In this document: piece after piece, positions 52,196 to 64,000 of the stretch
Numbering within the stretch: position 1 is the first letter of the stretch
How the letters are laid out: every line of letters starts with the position of its first letter
Assembly (NCBI RefSeq): GCF_006345805.1
Contig: NC_043006.1
Coordinates: 77,810,001 to 77,874,000 of the forward strand
DNA length: 64,000 nt
Direction: 5' to 3'
Source of the DNA: Octopus sinensis
Taxonomy: Eukaryota
Made by a program: the position numbers and the translations under genes
The notes under the pieces: model-generated
What the model was told of the DNA's origin: nothing
The model's database searches: none
The model's input: the letters and a program-made list of their open reading frames with translations, nothing else

Positions 52196-55100
52196 TATAT
52201 TATATATATATATAGTAGAAATATGTTACGAATGAAAATATAAAATACACGTGGGGATGTAAGGGTAAAATATGAAAAGTCAACGAAAATGCATATTGGA
52301 AATAGAAAACGGGTGTTTATGACAGGTAGTGACAAATATATACATTTAGATTGACTGAGGTAGTAATACAAGTCATAAAGGTCATTATTATGAGATCATT
52401 ATAAGATGATAATAAAGTAAGAGAACAAAACGGACCAATGGTTTACGCGAAGTCTATTCATCGTTTGATGAACACCGGTTAATATATATATATAAATGTG
52501 TGTGTGTGTGTGTGTGTGTGCATACATATGTATGTGTCTAAATATGTATATATGCATACATATATTGAAATGCACCTGACTAAACGGTACTAAGTGGTTT
52601 ACTTTTCGTCTGGAATCATATACTTTCTTTCCAATTTTGTCGATTCTTTCTATCCTACTAGTTTTTGTCCCGACGATAATTTGACATTTTCTTCCGAAAA
52701 ATTTCGATATTTCCATATATAATCAGATAATTTTATGTTTCTTCTAACATCGCTTATCAATTTATTACATTCATACAGAAATAGTCTGATTTTATCCTTC
52801 TTACATTTATTTTCGATAATTCCACACTGAAAGCTTTTGACAAAAACTCATGTATGATGATGGTGGTGGGGGGGGTCGTCATCGTTGCCCTCATCGTTTT
52901 GGTGGTGGTGTATTTAAACAAAATTCATCATTTTTTGCCTAGGTGGCATATCTAATGCAGCCCATGCGCCAGCATGTTGTGATTTTGAATATCACTAATC
53001 ACATTTTTAAATGTTTTCCCTTATTAATGACAGGAGGCTATTTTTTTGTAAGGAGATTTGGCTACTATATCTAGGTGGTCGAACAACGACTTCGTGTGTC
53101 ATTTCCTCAATGAAACGAATCTAAAACGGAAATCGTAAATGATTACAGACTTCGCTTATTCTCTGATGCGCTTTCAAAATCAAACACTACTGCATATTAT
53201 ATTAGGTTTTATCTTTATTTTTATTTCTACTACTTTTATTCAAAGCATCATTTTTATCGGATATATCATCATGTCGTTACTATAAAAGCACCAGTTTGAA
53301 AGAAAATCCACGCCCTTCTTAACATTTATAGATACTTTTTTCATACTGCTTTTTCTTCGTAAAGGACTATGTATCGACATAGCTAATTGCATATCGATTA
53401 TAATACAATTTAGTCGTACACAGAGCAGACTAGATGATGGATAGTGTAAGTCATTCTTTAACCATCAATTCACCGACATCGACTTTGTGTGGTATCAACT
53501 TTCATATGATAGCAAATATCAGCTTATTCTTAAAATGGTTAGTGTATATCTTTTGTAAATACATTACATAATATCATAGAGAAGATAGATAAAAAAGATT
53601 ATAACGTTGGAAGATGACAATTTATGCATTGTTATTGTTTGGCATATGTCAATATTTTCCTTATTAGATGCAATTCTTGTAATTTTTCTCATTCAAGCAG
53701 CCGCAACTGAGATGCGTTTCAGTTCTAGCTATGTTTTTTTATTCATTGGTGTTATACTTCTAATACAATCCATATTCATACTAGCATCCAAAAGCATTTG
53801 TTATATAAACGTTGTGAAGAGATCTAAATGTATCTGAATGTTGCAAGTTAAATTTATCTTGCAGAATATGTATGTAAGATATTTACATTCGGGTACTCTA
53901 TTTGTGATGTCAGATACGGAAAATTTTCCCTTGAGGTCCTGTTGACAGTCTAATAAGATTAGCATCAATCAAAATCTCAAAGAGGAAAGCAAAAATATAT
54001 AAACACAATGTCCGAACTAATCTTTCACGAGAGAGGAATTTTCTGATCTACTCTAGAGTTATAGACTTTATAGTAATTGACTTTATTTACTTAGAGCTAA
54101 GCCTCTCACAGAATTGTCCACAAATCAAACGTAAATCTATATTGGTTGTTATCCTATTCCTGAAAGCAGCCAGCTGAGTGGGATGAATAAATATCCACCT
54201 TAAATATTTCCAGTAAATGGCATTCTTAGTTACCGAACTACACCGAATCAATAGTGGGGGGTATTATCGTATAGTTAAAGATAAAGTAAATAGTCATATC
54301 AACTCCATTTTATTGCTACGTAACATTCTTATCTATCTCTTAATTCCTCTTCTTCATAATATATTATGAAAGCTAGTTAATTTCTTCAACTATTTAAAAT
54401 AAGTTATTCAACAAAAATTCTGGTCAGATCCTCAGTCAGATAATCTACGATCTCTCAAGTGACTAAAGAGATGTTTCTTTATGGATAATGAACTTTTACA
54501 AAGTACATTTTTATGTTAAATAATATATCTATAAATATAATTCAGTCCGCGACTGCTTTAAATAAATCTTCTTAAGCTGTCGTAATTTCATTTCAATGAG
54601 TTTAAAATAAAATTCTGCTGTTATTTAATAGAAGTGTACAGTTTCATGTACAACAACAGAAATACGCACTGGACCAGTTTTTTTCTTGTACCAGACTCTT
54701 ACTTCCTTCATTTACATCGTTTTTCTTTTATACATTGATTTATTTCTTGCAATATTTAAGCTTTAATAGAGCTGGTCATAACCAGTCCTGATCGATAAGC
54801 GTGTATTGATTGATCCTTAATATAATAAGCAAAGAAAAGCATTCTCAAAGTTTGCTATGTTTGAAGTTTCTTTGATTTAGTTATATTTGGCTCTAAAACT
54901 GTCTGTAACTAAAATGTCAGGAAGTAGTTTCACCAATATTCTATCATCCGTTGTAACGAAAGAAATATGTGTATAGAGATCCAGATAAAAGTACCTTAAA
55001 TTCTATTATTGGGATCTTTACATATCACATCTCGCTCATAGCAAGTACAAAACATTTCCAATTTGCTTAGAAAGTGCTTTGAAGAATTCAGTTTCGACAA

Positions 55101-56118
55101 CGCACGAGCGCTTTGAATCATTGGAATTCTACTAGTTGTTCTTTTATATTGTAACTTCAACAAAGTTACGCCATTGCATCTGAGGTTTAAATTCGATTTG
55201 GAACTTGGATTTCTAGTGTCCTACCGACCCTTGATGCTTTCAGTGTTGCTTACTTCACCGTGAACCCGCACCATTGTTACTGTATCGAGCCATTTCTGTG
55301 TTGATGTGCGTAGAATCTGTTGAAACTGCATAAGTAATATATGTGTATGTGCGTGTGTGAGTGTCTGTCTGTCTGTATATATGTGTGTGTATATAATGTA
55401 ACCGACGCTATGTAAGTGGAAAGTTTAACTTATCACACAGCCACACCTATACCTCTGTATATATATATATATATATACATACACACATACACTGACATAC
55501 ACACACATACAGATATAGATAAACAGGCAGAGGGATATGCACATATATATTACATTTTTGTGAGTGTGTATGTGCATATGAATGCATGTGTTTATAAGCG
55601 AATGCATATGTGTGAATCTGCCTTTATCTCTAACAGTGTACGCCCATAAGTTATCCTTGGAAACAATAAAACCAATTACAGATTATATCTCCACCATTTT
55701 CCCACAGTTTAAAACTACATATCTCTCTCAGTAAAACCAAGCGGATAATTTGTAATAATTTTCCAATATAAATCTAATATTTCTCTATCTTGAATGAATC
55801 ACATGCCAACGCAAGCATGTTATAATCATATGGAAGTATCTGTCACTTAAAATCCGAATAATTACAACGTTAGAAACATCAGCAGCAGCAGCAGCAACGC
55901 CAAGCTTAGAATTCTGTTGTTCTCCGTCAAATAGATTTGCAATACGTCAAACGATTTGTGATTTGTAGGAGCTTGTTTGGTATTATTTTGTTGCTGTTGT
56001 ATTTCTTTAATATTTCGAAACGAAATCCTCTTTAAAATATTTCTAGAGAACAGATAAACAGATATTTAAATACCGACTGTTGCTTTGTACCATCAGTCTT
56101 CATACTAAATATGACGGC

Positions 56119-56599
56119 AGTGGTAGTGGTGCTGGTGGCGGCGGCGGTGGTGGTGCTGGTGCTGGTGGTGGTGGTGGTGGTGGTGGTGGTGGTGGTGGTG
56201 GTGGTGATGATGTTGGTGGTGGTGGTGGTGGTGATGATAGCGGTGGGGGGTGATGGGGGGTGATGGGGGGTGATGGTGGTGATGGTGGTAGTGGTGGTGG
56301 TGGCGGTGGTGGTAGTGGTAGTGGTGGTGGTGGTGCTGGTGGTGGTGGTGATGGTGCTGGTTTTAGATTTTGTAATAAATTTATCAACCATTATATATTG
56401 TATTACTACAGCTGCGATCGTTCTCCACCTTCACCTACTTCCACCTCCTCCTTATCACCACCATCGTCAACATCATCCGCATCACCATCGTCTTTTCCGT
56501 CGTCGTCTTTGTTGTTGTCATTATCGCCGCCGCTTTTGTCGTCATCATCTTCGTTGCCATCACCGTAGTCGTCATGATGGAGATCATCATCATCGTCGA

Positions 56600-56633
<34 letters not shown>

Positions 56634-56766
56634 TGCAGCATCAGCATAAAGCAGCAGTTGCAATCTTCTCGGCAGCAGCAAACGCAGTGGCAGTACCAGT
56701 GATAGTAATGACATCATTTTATCAGTGGTATCATCATCGATGATCAAAGTTTTGTTCAAATTTTGG

Positions 56767-56803
<37 letters not shown>

Positions 56804-56921
56804 AATGATGAGTATGATGATGATGATGATGATGATAATGATGGTGACGATGATGATGATGGTGACGATGATGATGATGGTGATGATGATGATAATGATG
56901 ATGATGATGATGATGATGATA

Positions 56922-56953
<32 letters not shown>

Positions 56954-57019
56954 AATGATGACGATGATGATGATGACGATGAAGATAATGATCACATTGA
57001 TGATGATGATGATGATGAT

Positions 57020-57060
<41 letters not shown>

Positions 57061-57090
57061 CTGGCGATGGCAATGGTAGCGACGACGACA
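56119..57090. repeat. (GGT)n, (CAT)n and (GAT)n trinucleotide blocks
   Basis: Direct reading; explains the poly-T/P/H/D ORFs. Confidence 0.95.
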
Positions 57091-57498
57091 AGGAAATCGA
57101 ACTTTCCCGTTGACAATGATGATGGTGAAGATATTACGCTAGAGTAATAAATTATAGTTGATGCGCAAGTGTGTTACTGGGGGATTTTTAATTTGCTACT
57201 CGTAGTTTGTACCGTAAGAAATCAGTAACAACCATAGATATCAGTTCTCAGTAATGAATTGATAACTATGTATGAACATTGGTTTGAATTCTCGGTCAGT
57301 AGTTTTACGTACACCGTTGATATCCTTGCAAATAGAGTAGAAATCGTAAACATTTATTTATACAATGAATATAAGGTTGCAGTTTTCAAAAGTGGTCACT
57401 AGAAAGGCGGGAAATTTGAAGGCAAAACAAACAAACATTCATTAGATCATCAATAAATTGTATGATGGGTGGTTTCTGATTCCTTGTTTCTGTTAGTA

Positions 57499-57655
57499 TT
57501 TTATTTGTTTCAATCATTTGGCTGCGATTATGCTGGAACACCGCCTTTAATTCAGTCCTACTGCGTAGCACATTGGACAAGTGTCTTCTACTATAGCCTC
57601 GGGCTGGCCGGAGCTTTGTGTGTGGATTTGTTAGGCGGAAAGTGAAGGAATCCCG
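57499..57655. mobile_element. Rearranged SINE A remnant (tail on -, head/core on +)
   Basis: ttgtttcaatcatttggctgcgattatgctggaacaccgcc then ttcagtcctactgcgtagcacattggacaagtgtcttc. Confidence 0.7.
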
Positions 57656-58039
57656 AGATTGTATTAACCTGATCTGCAGTCTGTTGATTTCTGTAGTAAT
57701 CATCGGTGTATTTTTCCGATTGAAATAAGAGTTTTGACTGCTATTTCCAGCAGGTCGACATATTTAGTAAGTTTGATCTTTGATTAATGTTATATGCGAG
57801 TTACTAAGTTGCGGCGAGGAAAATAAACCAAATGCGTTTGTCGAGCGCCCACATAAACACATTCACATGTAGATAGGCATATAAATATACATGCATATAT
57901 ATATATAGTGTGTATATGTAAGGACAGATACGTACTTACTAAAGTAAACATTGATTTGTACTCTAGTTATGCATACATTCACAAATGGCTAACGGAATAT
58001 ACTAGTCACCATATGCATATGTGTGTGTATGTATATACA

Positions 58040-58202
58040 GGCACAGGAGTGGGTCTGTGGTAAGTAGCTTGCTTGCCAACCACATAGTTCCGGGTTCAGT
58101 ACCACTGCGTGGCACCTTGGGCAAGTGTCTTCTACTATAGCCTCGGGCCGACCAAAGCCTTGTGATTGGATTTGGTAGACAGAAACTGAAAAAAGCCCGT
58201 CG

Positions 58203-58267
<65 letters not shown>

Positions 58268-58518
58268 TGTGTGTGTGTGGTTGTGTGTGTGGTGGTGTGT
58301 GTGTGTGTGTGTATGTTTGTGAGTGTGTCCCCAACATCGCTTGACAACTGATGCTGTGTGTTTACGTCCCCGTAACTTAGCGGTTGGGCAAAAGAAACCA
58401 ATAGAATAAGTACTAGGCTTACAAAGAATAAATCCTGGGATCGATTTGCTCGACTAAAGGCGGTGCTCCAGCATGGCCGCAGTCAAAATGACTGAAACAA
58501 TTAAAGAATTAAAAAAAG
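58040..58518 (+). mobile_element. SINE family A
   Basis: Full head-to-tail match. Confidence 0.92.
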
Positions 58519-58533
58519 ACTATATATATATAT

Positions 58534-58835
58534 ATCACGGGATCACGGGACCGACCATCAGATGTTGGTACACATCGCTGGTCACAATGCGTTCGCATTG
58601 TTTTAGCCTTCAAATGATGCCACTCCGCTGGCTAAGCGAGCAGGCCAACAGGAGAAAGAGTGGGAGAAAGACTGGTGAAAGAGCACAGCAGGGATCACCA
58701 CCCCCTGCCGGAGCTTCGTGGAGCTTTTAGGTGTTTTCGCTCAATAAACACTCACAACGCCCGGTCTGGGAATCGAAACCGCGATCCTGCGACCACGAGT
58801 CCGCTGCCCTAACCACTAGGCCATTGCGCCTCCAC
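58534..58835 (-). mobile_element. SINE family C (tail type 1), full length
   Basis: RC head gtggaggcgcaatggcctagtggttagggcagcggactcg..ggtttcgattcccagacc. Confidence 0.92.
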
Positions 58836-58976
58836 ACACACATATATATATATATATAAAAGAAATGTATGTACGTATGTATGTATGTATGTATGCATGT
58901 ATGTATGTATGTGTGTGTGTATTTATGTATGTATTATGTTCATTATATATATATATGTATGTGAGTGTGTTGTTTG

Positions 58977-59007
<31 letters not shown>

Positions 59008-60233
59008 ACACACACTCACATATATATATATAATGAACATACATACATCCGTACATACGACGTACATACATACATAAATACACACACACACACATATATA
59101 CATACATACATGCATACATACATACATACATACATACATACATACATACATACATACATACATACATACATACATACATAAACATGCACACATCCAATTC
59201 GAAAACAAACTGGGATTCCGTCAACGAGATTCCTCTCAAAGCATATTGATATATTCACTAGAATATGTACAGGAAATATTCAGTCTGCCGATCAATATCC
59301 CTTCTTTGTCAAACCATACAAAAGAACATCCCATTTATTAAAAGATTCTTACCAGTGCCCTTAAACCACACAGATGTTACTTGAATTCGGTCAAAATATT
59401 TTCGTAAGAAATACTGGTATTTGTGCAAACAGAAGAAAACGTGAAGTGTTTAGTGAAAGTCAGTGATATCTAAGGGAAGCCCTCAGCAACTTCAAAAATA
59501 TGATCAAATGCGATATGCACCACAAAGCCGTTGTTTACAACAGTCATTGATTCTGCTAACCGATCAAAATTTTCTTAGAAGATATATGGAAATCAAATTT
59601 CTCTGCGCGAATAGACTTCGGTTTTGTCAACAAACTCAGTTTCAGCAAATCAGTCGAAAGAAAGAATTTGTTTACACTATTGAAGTAATTCTCATTGTAA
59701 AATGGAAGCACTTCAAATAAAGGAATCTTATATTAGATTGATCACAAGATCCAGTTCATAGCCTCACTTTCATATGTTCTAATAAACATGTCCACGTGAA
59801 TGAAATATTTTTACGATTTTATGATTCTATATCTGCATCTCAACTGCAATGCCGTAATCTGATAAATAGATGCATCATAGAATAACTGAAATACTGAATA
59901 TCTAACGGAATGTTTTAAATTCTTGCAGGAATTGAATGTAGTAGAATGCTGACTATTCGAATATTTTTGTCTTTTAGATAGGATAGTATCTAATCGCACT
60001 GCCAAGAGCCCAATAAAGTGTCTCAAAATCGGAAGATGGTGGGGTTAAAGGAATGCATCCTCAAAACGGTCCCCATTCAAATACTGACAACTAAATGGAA
60101 GCCACTACACCCACTCCATATCTAGTTCTCTCGATTTCACTGATTCTTTCTCTGATTGTCTATCGGCCTATCACTATGTATACCTCTACCTCTGTTTCTC
60201 TCTCTCTCTCTCTCTCTCTCTAATATATATATA

Positions 60234-60276
<43 letters not shown>

Positions 60277-60344
60277 CATACACACACGCGCACACACACA
60301 CAATATATATATGTATATCTATATATTAATATATATATAATAAC

Positions 60345-61050
60345 AATTTAATAAATAAACATATGCATACATACATACATGCATACATATAAGTACATAC
60401 CTACATCTATATGTATATATACATGCATATATGGGTACAGGACACCACAAAAAACGTAGAACAACGAGAAACGAAAACATAAAAACAAAACAAGGAAACG
60501 GACTGGTTTAACAACGAAAAAACAGAGTACAAAACAAATAGCACATGGAACATTCCCCTTCTTCAGCTGCCCCTGTTTCGATTCATTGCGTGTCTCGAAG
60601 GTAAGGGCAGAACACAACTACTTTGAAACAGTCCTTCCCGCAAACCGAATTAAATAAAATTTGTTTGCGGAGGGGTAAAAAAAGGTGACAAGAACAGGAC
60701 GTAAAAGCAATACAAATAAAGAACAAAAACAGTACTAATAAAGATAAAAACAGTAAAAGAAAGGAAAAGTAAACCAACAATAAGGGCTTCTTAAACCTAG
60801 ATGGTGGAAAAATTCATTTGAACGCATTCTGAAGAACGGCTTGTGAGGACAGAAAAAGCCGATGTTGACTTGTTGAAGGCAGTAGACAGAAAGAAAGTTA
60901 GTAGCCTTCTGGTCAGCGACGAGAGGGAGGAGGAGGAGGAGGAGGAGGAGGAGGAACGGTGAAAGGGAGAGAAGAAACCAGAAAGGGTGAAAAATAAGAG
61001 AGGGAGAGAGACAGGTAGAGAGGAAGACAGATAGGCAGGGAGGAAAGGTC
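60345..61050 (-). mobile_element. Retroelement 3' remnant (family with termini at 3945 and 31665), possibly PLE-derived
   Basis: Longest copy of the shared terminus, flanked by (TA)n; class assignment is inference. Confidence 0.45.
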
Positions 61051-61111
61051 AAGTAAAGAGTTAAGCGTACAGGTCATAATTATACACACATATTCACACA
61101 CACATACATAA

Positions 61112-61289
61112 GAAACTTGCTTCCCAGACACATGGTTCCGGGTTCAGTTCCATTGCATCACAACTTCAGCAACTTTCTTCTATTATAGCCTTGGCAGGAC
61201 GCTTGCCGAAGGTGTCATGCAATGGAACCGAACCCGGAAACATGTCTCTGGGAAGCAAACTTTTTACCTCAGAGCTACGCCTGCGCCTA
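61112..61289. repeat. Two SINE A heads in inverted orientation forming a hairpin
   Basis: ttgcttcccagacacatggttccgggttcagttccattgca / tgcaatggaaccgaacccggaaacatgtctctgggaagcaa. Confidence 0.85.
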
Positions 61290-61660
61290 AATATATACAA
61301 ATACATTTACATAGAGCATATTAAATACACAATACTTAGAAGAAAGTATATAATTTCATAACTCGTCAGCAATGATGCATTATTCCAAGTTCCTATTTCA
61401 AAGGTATCAACACTGTGTAGGTGAGGTTAATTGAATACTGAAACAGAAGGATATTTCGTATGGAGAACCCTCAAGTTTAGTACTCCCACATTTGGTCGTC
61501 AGACAGCGTCAAACTAACAGCGGAACGCGAGGTAATCCAACGTCGCCACACGAAGCAGATGGTACATCAGCTGAGAGACTGGGAGAGGTTAAAAAAAAAC
61601 AATCTGAAACCCCTAGAGATAAGATGCAAAAGATATGCAGTGATATATATATATATATAT

Positions 61661-62035
61661 ATTGTTATCGCCATATTAATATGGCAGTCTTATAGATATA
61701 AGACTAAAGCTGTCGCTGATTAGCTCCATGAGGCCATCGCCTTAAGCTAGCTATTTGACACACAAACTGTGTCCATTATAACCTTCGAACAAGGGAGGTC
61801 AGCCGCTTCACACTGCCAGTCAGACAGCTGACCTCCCTTGTTCGAAGGTTATAATGGACACGTTTGTGTGTCAAATAGCTAGCTTAAGGCGATGGCCTCA
61901 TGGAGCTAATCAGCGACAGCTTTAGTCTTATATCTATAAGACTGTCATATTGGCGATAACAATTGGCGATAACAATTAATTTCCAGTAACGCTGCCGTAA
62001 TCTCTTTTAGAGAAACTTAGTAATTTTAATTTTTC

Positions 62036-62040
<5 letters not shown>
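61661..62040. mobile_element. Fold-back element (arms 61661-61803 / 61827-61963, 23-nt loop) between (TA)n tracts
   Basis: Near-perfect ~140-bp reverse-complement arms; tggcgataacaat duplicated at the right arm end. Confidence 0.9.
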
Positions 62041-62106
<66 letters not shown>

Positions 62107-62121
62107 TATTTATTCCCTGTG

Positions 62122-62290
62122 GAACGGCCGTTGGCAAGCTGCTTTGAATGTGTAGATGTAATGGGTATGGTGACTGGTTGTGGATATGATGATTCTCGTA
62201 CTGTTAAAGTGATTAACGTTTTAAAGGGATTGGTATTTTATTTATTTGTACTATGTCTACACATTCAAAGCAGTTTGCTAACAGCCCTTC
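62122..62290. repeat. Inverted repeat (about 40-bp arms) beside (TA)n
   Basis: gttggcaagctgctttgaatgtgtagatgta / tatgtctacacattcaaagcagtttgctaac. Confidence 0.8.
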
Positions 62291-62723
62291 AGCAACAACA
62301 CACCCTGATAAGCTCAGAGATACTACTAAATTCAGGTGACGACAGACAGAGAGGATGTTCGTGAAGCCGAGGTGACAATATTTACATATCGACTTAGAAA
62401 ACATAACTAGATCTCATAATACAAGGAAACAGTTACATGATCAAGTACCTGCACACCTGGTAAACTAAGTTGCGTGGATACAATTGTAGTGATTAAAAAA
62501 TAAACGTCCAAACGTCCCACTTCTTGCTGACTCCATTTTTAAAAATTATCTATTCACATACAACAGATGCTCAAACCTGAAATTACGTATAATACAAGTA
62601 CTGGATAGCAGAGTGTAAATCTGAAGGTGGCCGAGCTTTATACTGTACAGTACAATGTTTTTAACAAAATATACTATACTATACACACTATATAAAATTA
62701 ACTATATATATATATATATTATA

Positions 62724-62761
<38 letters not shown>

Positions 62762-63128
62762 TATATATATATATATATTATATATATATATCATTATATA
62801 TATTATATATATATAAACAACTAACGTGTGTATTTTCCATTGTTAACAATTAACTCGGGAAAAACAGAGAGCAGGGTAGCAAAAAAATCACACAAGTAAG
62901 CGGTTGTAACTCCTTGTTTTTAAAGGTAGGAAATTCGGGTTATGTGAAATTGTTGTATAATATATAAATAAATAAATGGACTCAAAATGTCTTATTGGCG
63001 TATTTCATTTCTTTCACTTCTCTTAAGAGAAGATTACATTGTTTTACATCATTTTATTCTTTGGGAATAATAGCAGTGATATCTTCAAATCATGTGTCGG
63101 AAGTAAAAGTATAAACTCCATTTATATA

Positions 63129-63177
<49 letters not shown>

Positions 63178-63250
63178 TATATATAAATATTATATATATT
63201 ATACATAATATATATATATAATATATATATATATACATATATATATATAG

Positions 63251-63530
63251 TAAGCAATAAAGGGTTTAGCAACGAATTGCCTTACCACATACCGAATTTA
63301 GAAATAGCAGTCAAAGAGTTATATACTATTTCTTCTCTACTTTTTAGTAGAAGAAATAGCTATAACTCTTTGACTGCTATTTCTAATTCGGTATGTGGTA
63401 AGGCAATTCGTTGCTAAACCTTTATTGCTTAGTATTACTTAAATTTTCCTCGAATGAGGCTTTACATGCCGAAGACTACTTGGTGTAATTGATAATTATT
63501 CCAAATTAATTAATTTCACCCTTCATTTTT
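63251..63530 (+). mobile_element. Fold-back element (palindrome 63251-63431, 4-nt loop) with 3' extension carrying a decayed hammerhead-like motif
   Basis: taagcaataaagggtttagcaacgaattgcc ... ggcaattcgttgctaaacctttattgctta; then ctcgaatga-ggc tttacat gcc-gaag. Confidence 0.85.
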
Positions 63531-63585
63531 ACATATATATATATATATAATATATTATATATGTTTATATATACGGTATGTATGC

Positions 63586-63620
<35 letters not shown>

Positions 63621-63665
63621 ATATATATAATATATTATATGTATGTATATATATATAATATATAT

Positions 63666-63852
<187 letters not shown>

Positions 63853-64000
63853 TGATCAAATAAAAAATAAAAATAAAAACATGAGGCGAAGGATTCAGCG
63901 GTACATATGTTTTCGGGCCTTTATTAGACAGATACATAACAAATCATAATGTATGTCTGTGGCCTTCTTCAGCCGCTCACAACAGCTTCCACAAGGACAT

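Noticed and set aside
58760-58835. tRNA gene
   Set aside because: The tRNA-like A/B boxes are the head of SINE C and continue into the SINE body

Overview
AT-rich, microsatellite-dense eukaryotic non-coding DNA. The SINE families and simple-repeat content point to an octopus or other coleoid cephalopod genome (inference). No host protein-coding exon is convincingly visible, and almost all short ORFs are microsatellite translations. The window holds a 5'-truncated CR1/L2-group LINE (about 1.5-3.9 kb, minus) and two Neptune-type Penelope-like retroelements (PLEs; RT + CX4CX2C + GIY-YIG) at about 19.5-23.1 kb and 49.9-52.1 kb. It also holds two decayed mariner elements, a mariner MITE, a Helentron/DINE-like element, and about 20 tRNA-derived SINE copies from three families. 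A 2-kb duplication flanking a 100-N gap is probably an assembly artefact. The most striking signal is a set of short, sequence-unrelated fold-back elements (0.17-0.5 kb) sitting in (TA)n tracts. Several carry minimal type-I hammerhead ribozymes (CUGANGA...GAAA-palindrome-UH) on both arms. They share the 'element + inverted 3' copy' architecture of the large PLE, which suggests a Penelope-driven system that produces ribozyme-bearing hairpin loci. Coordinates were read by eye and may be off by a few bases.
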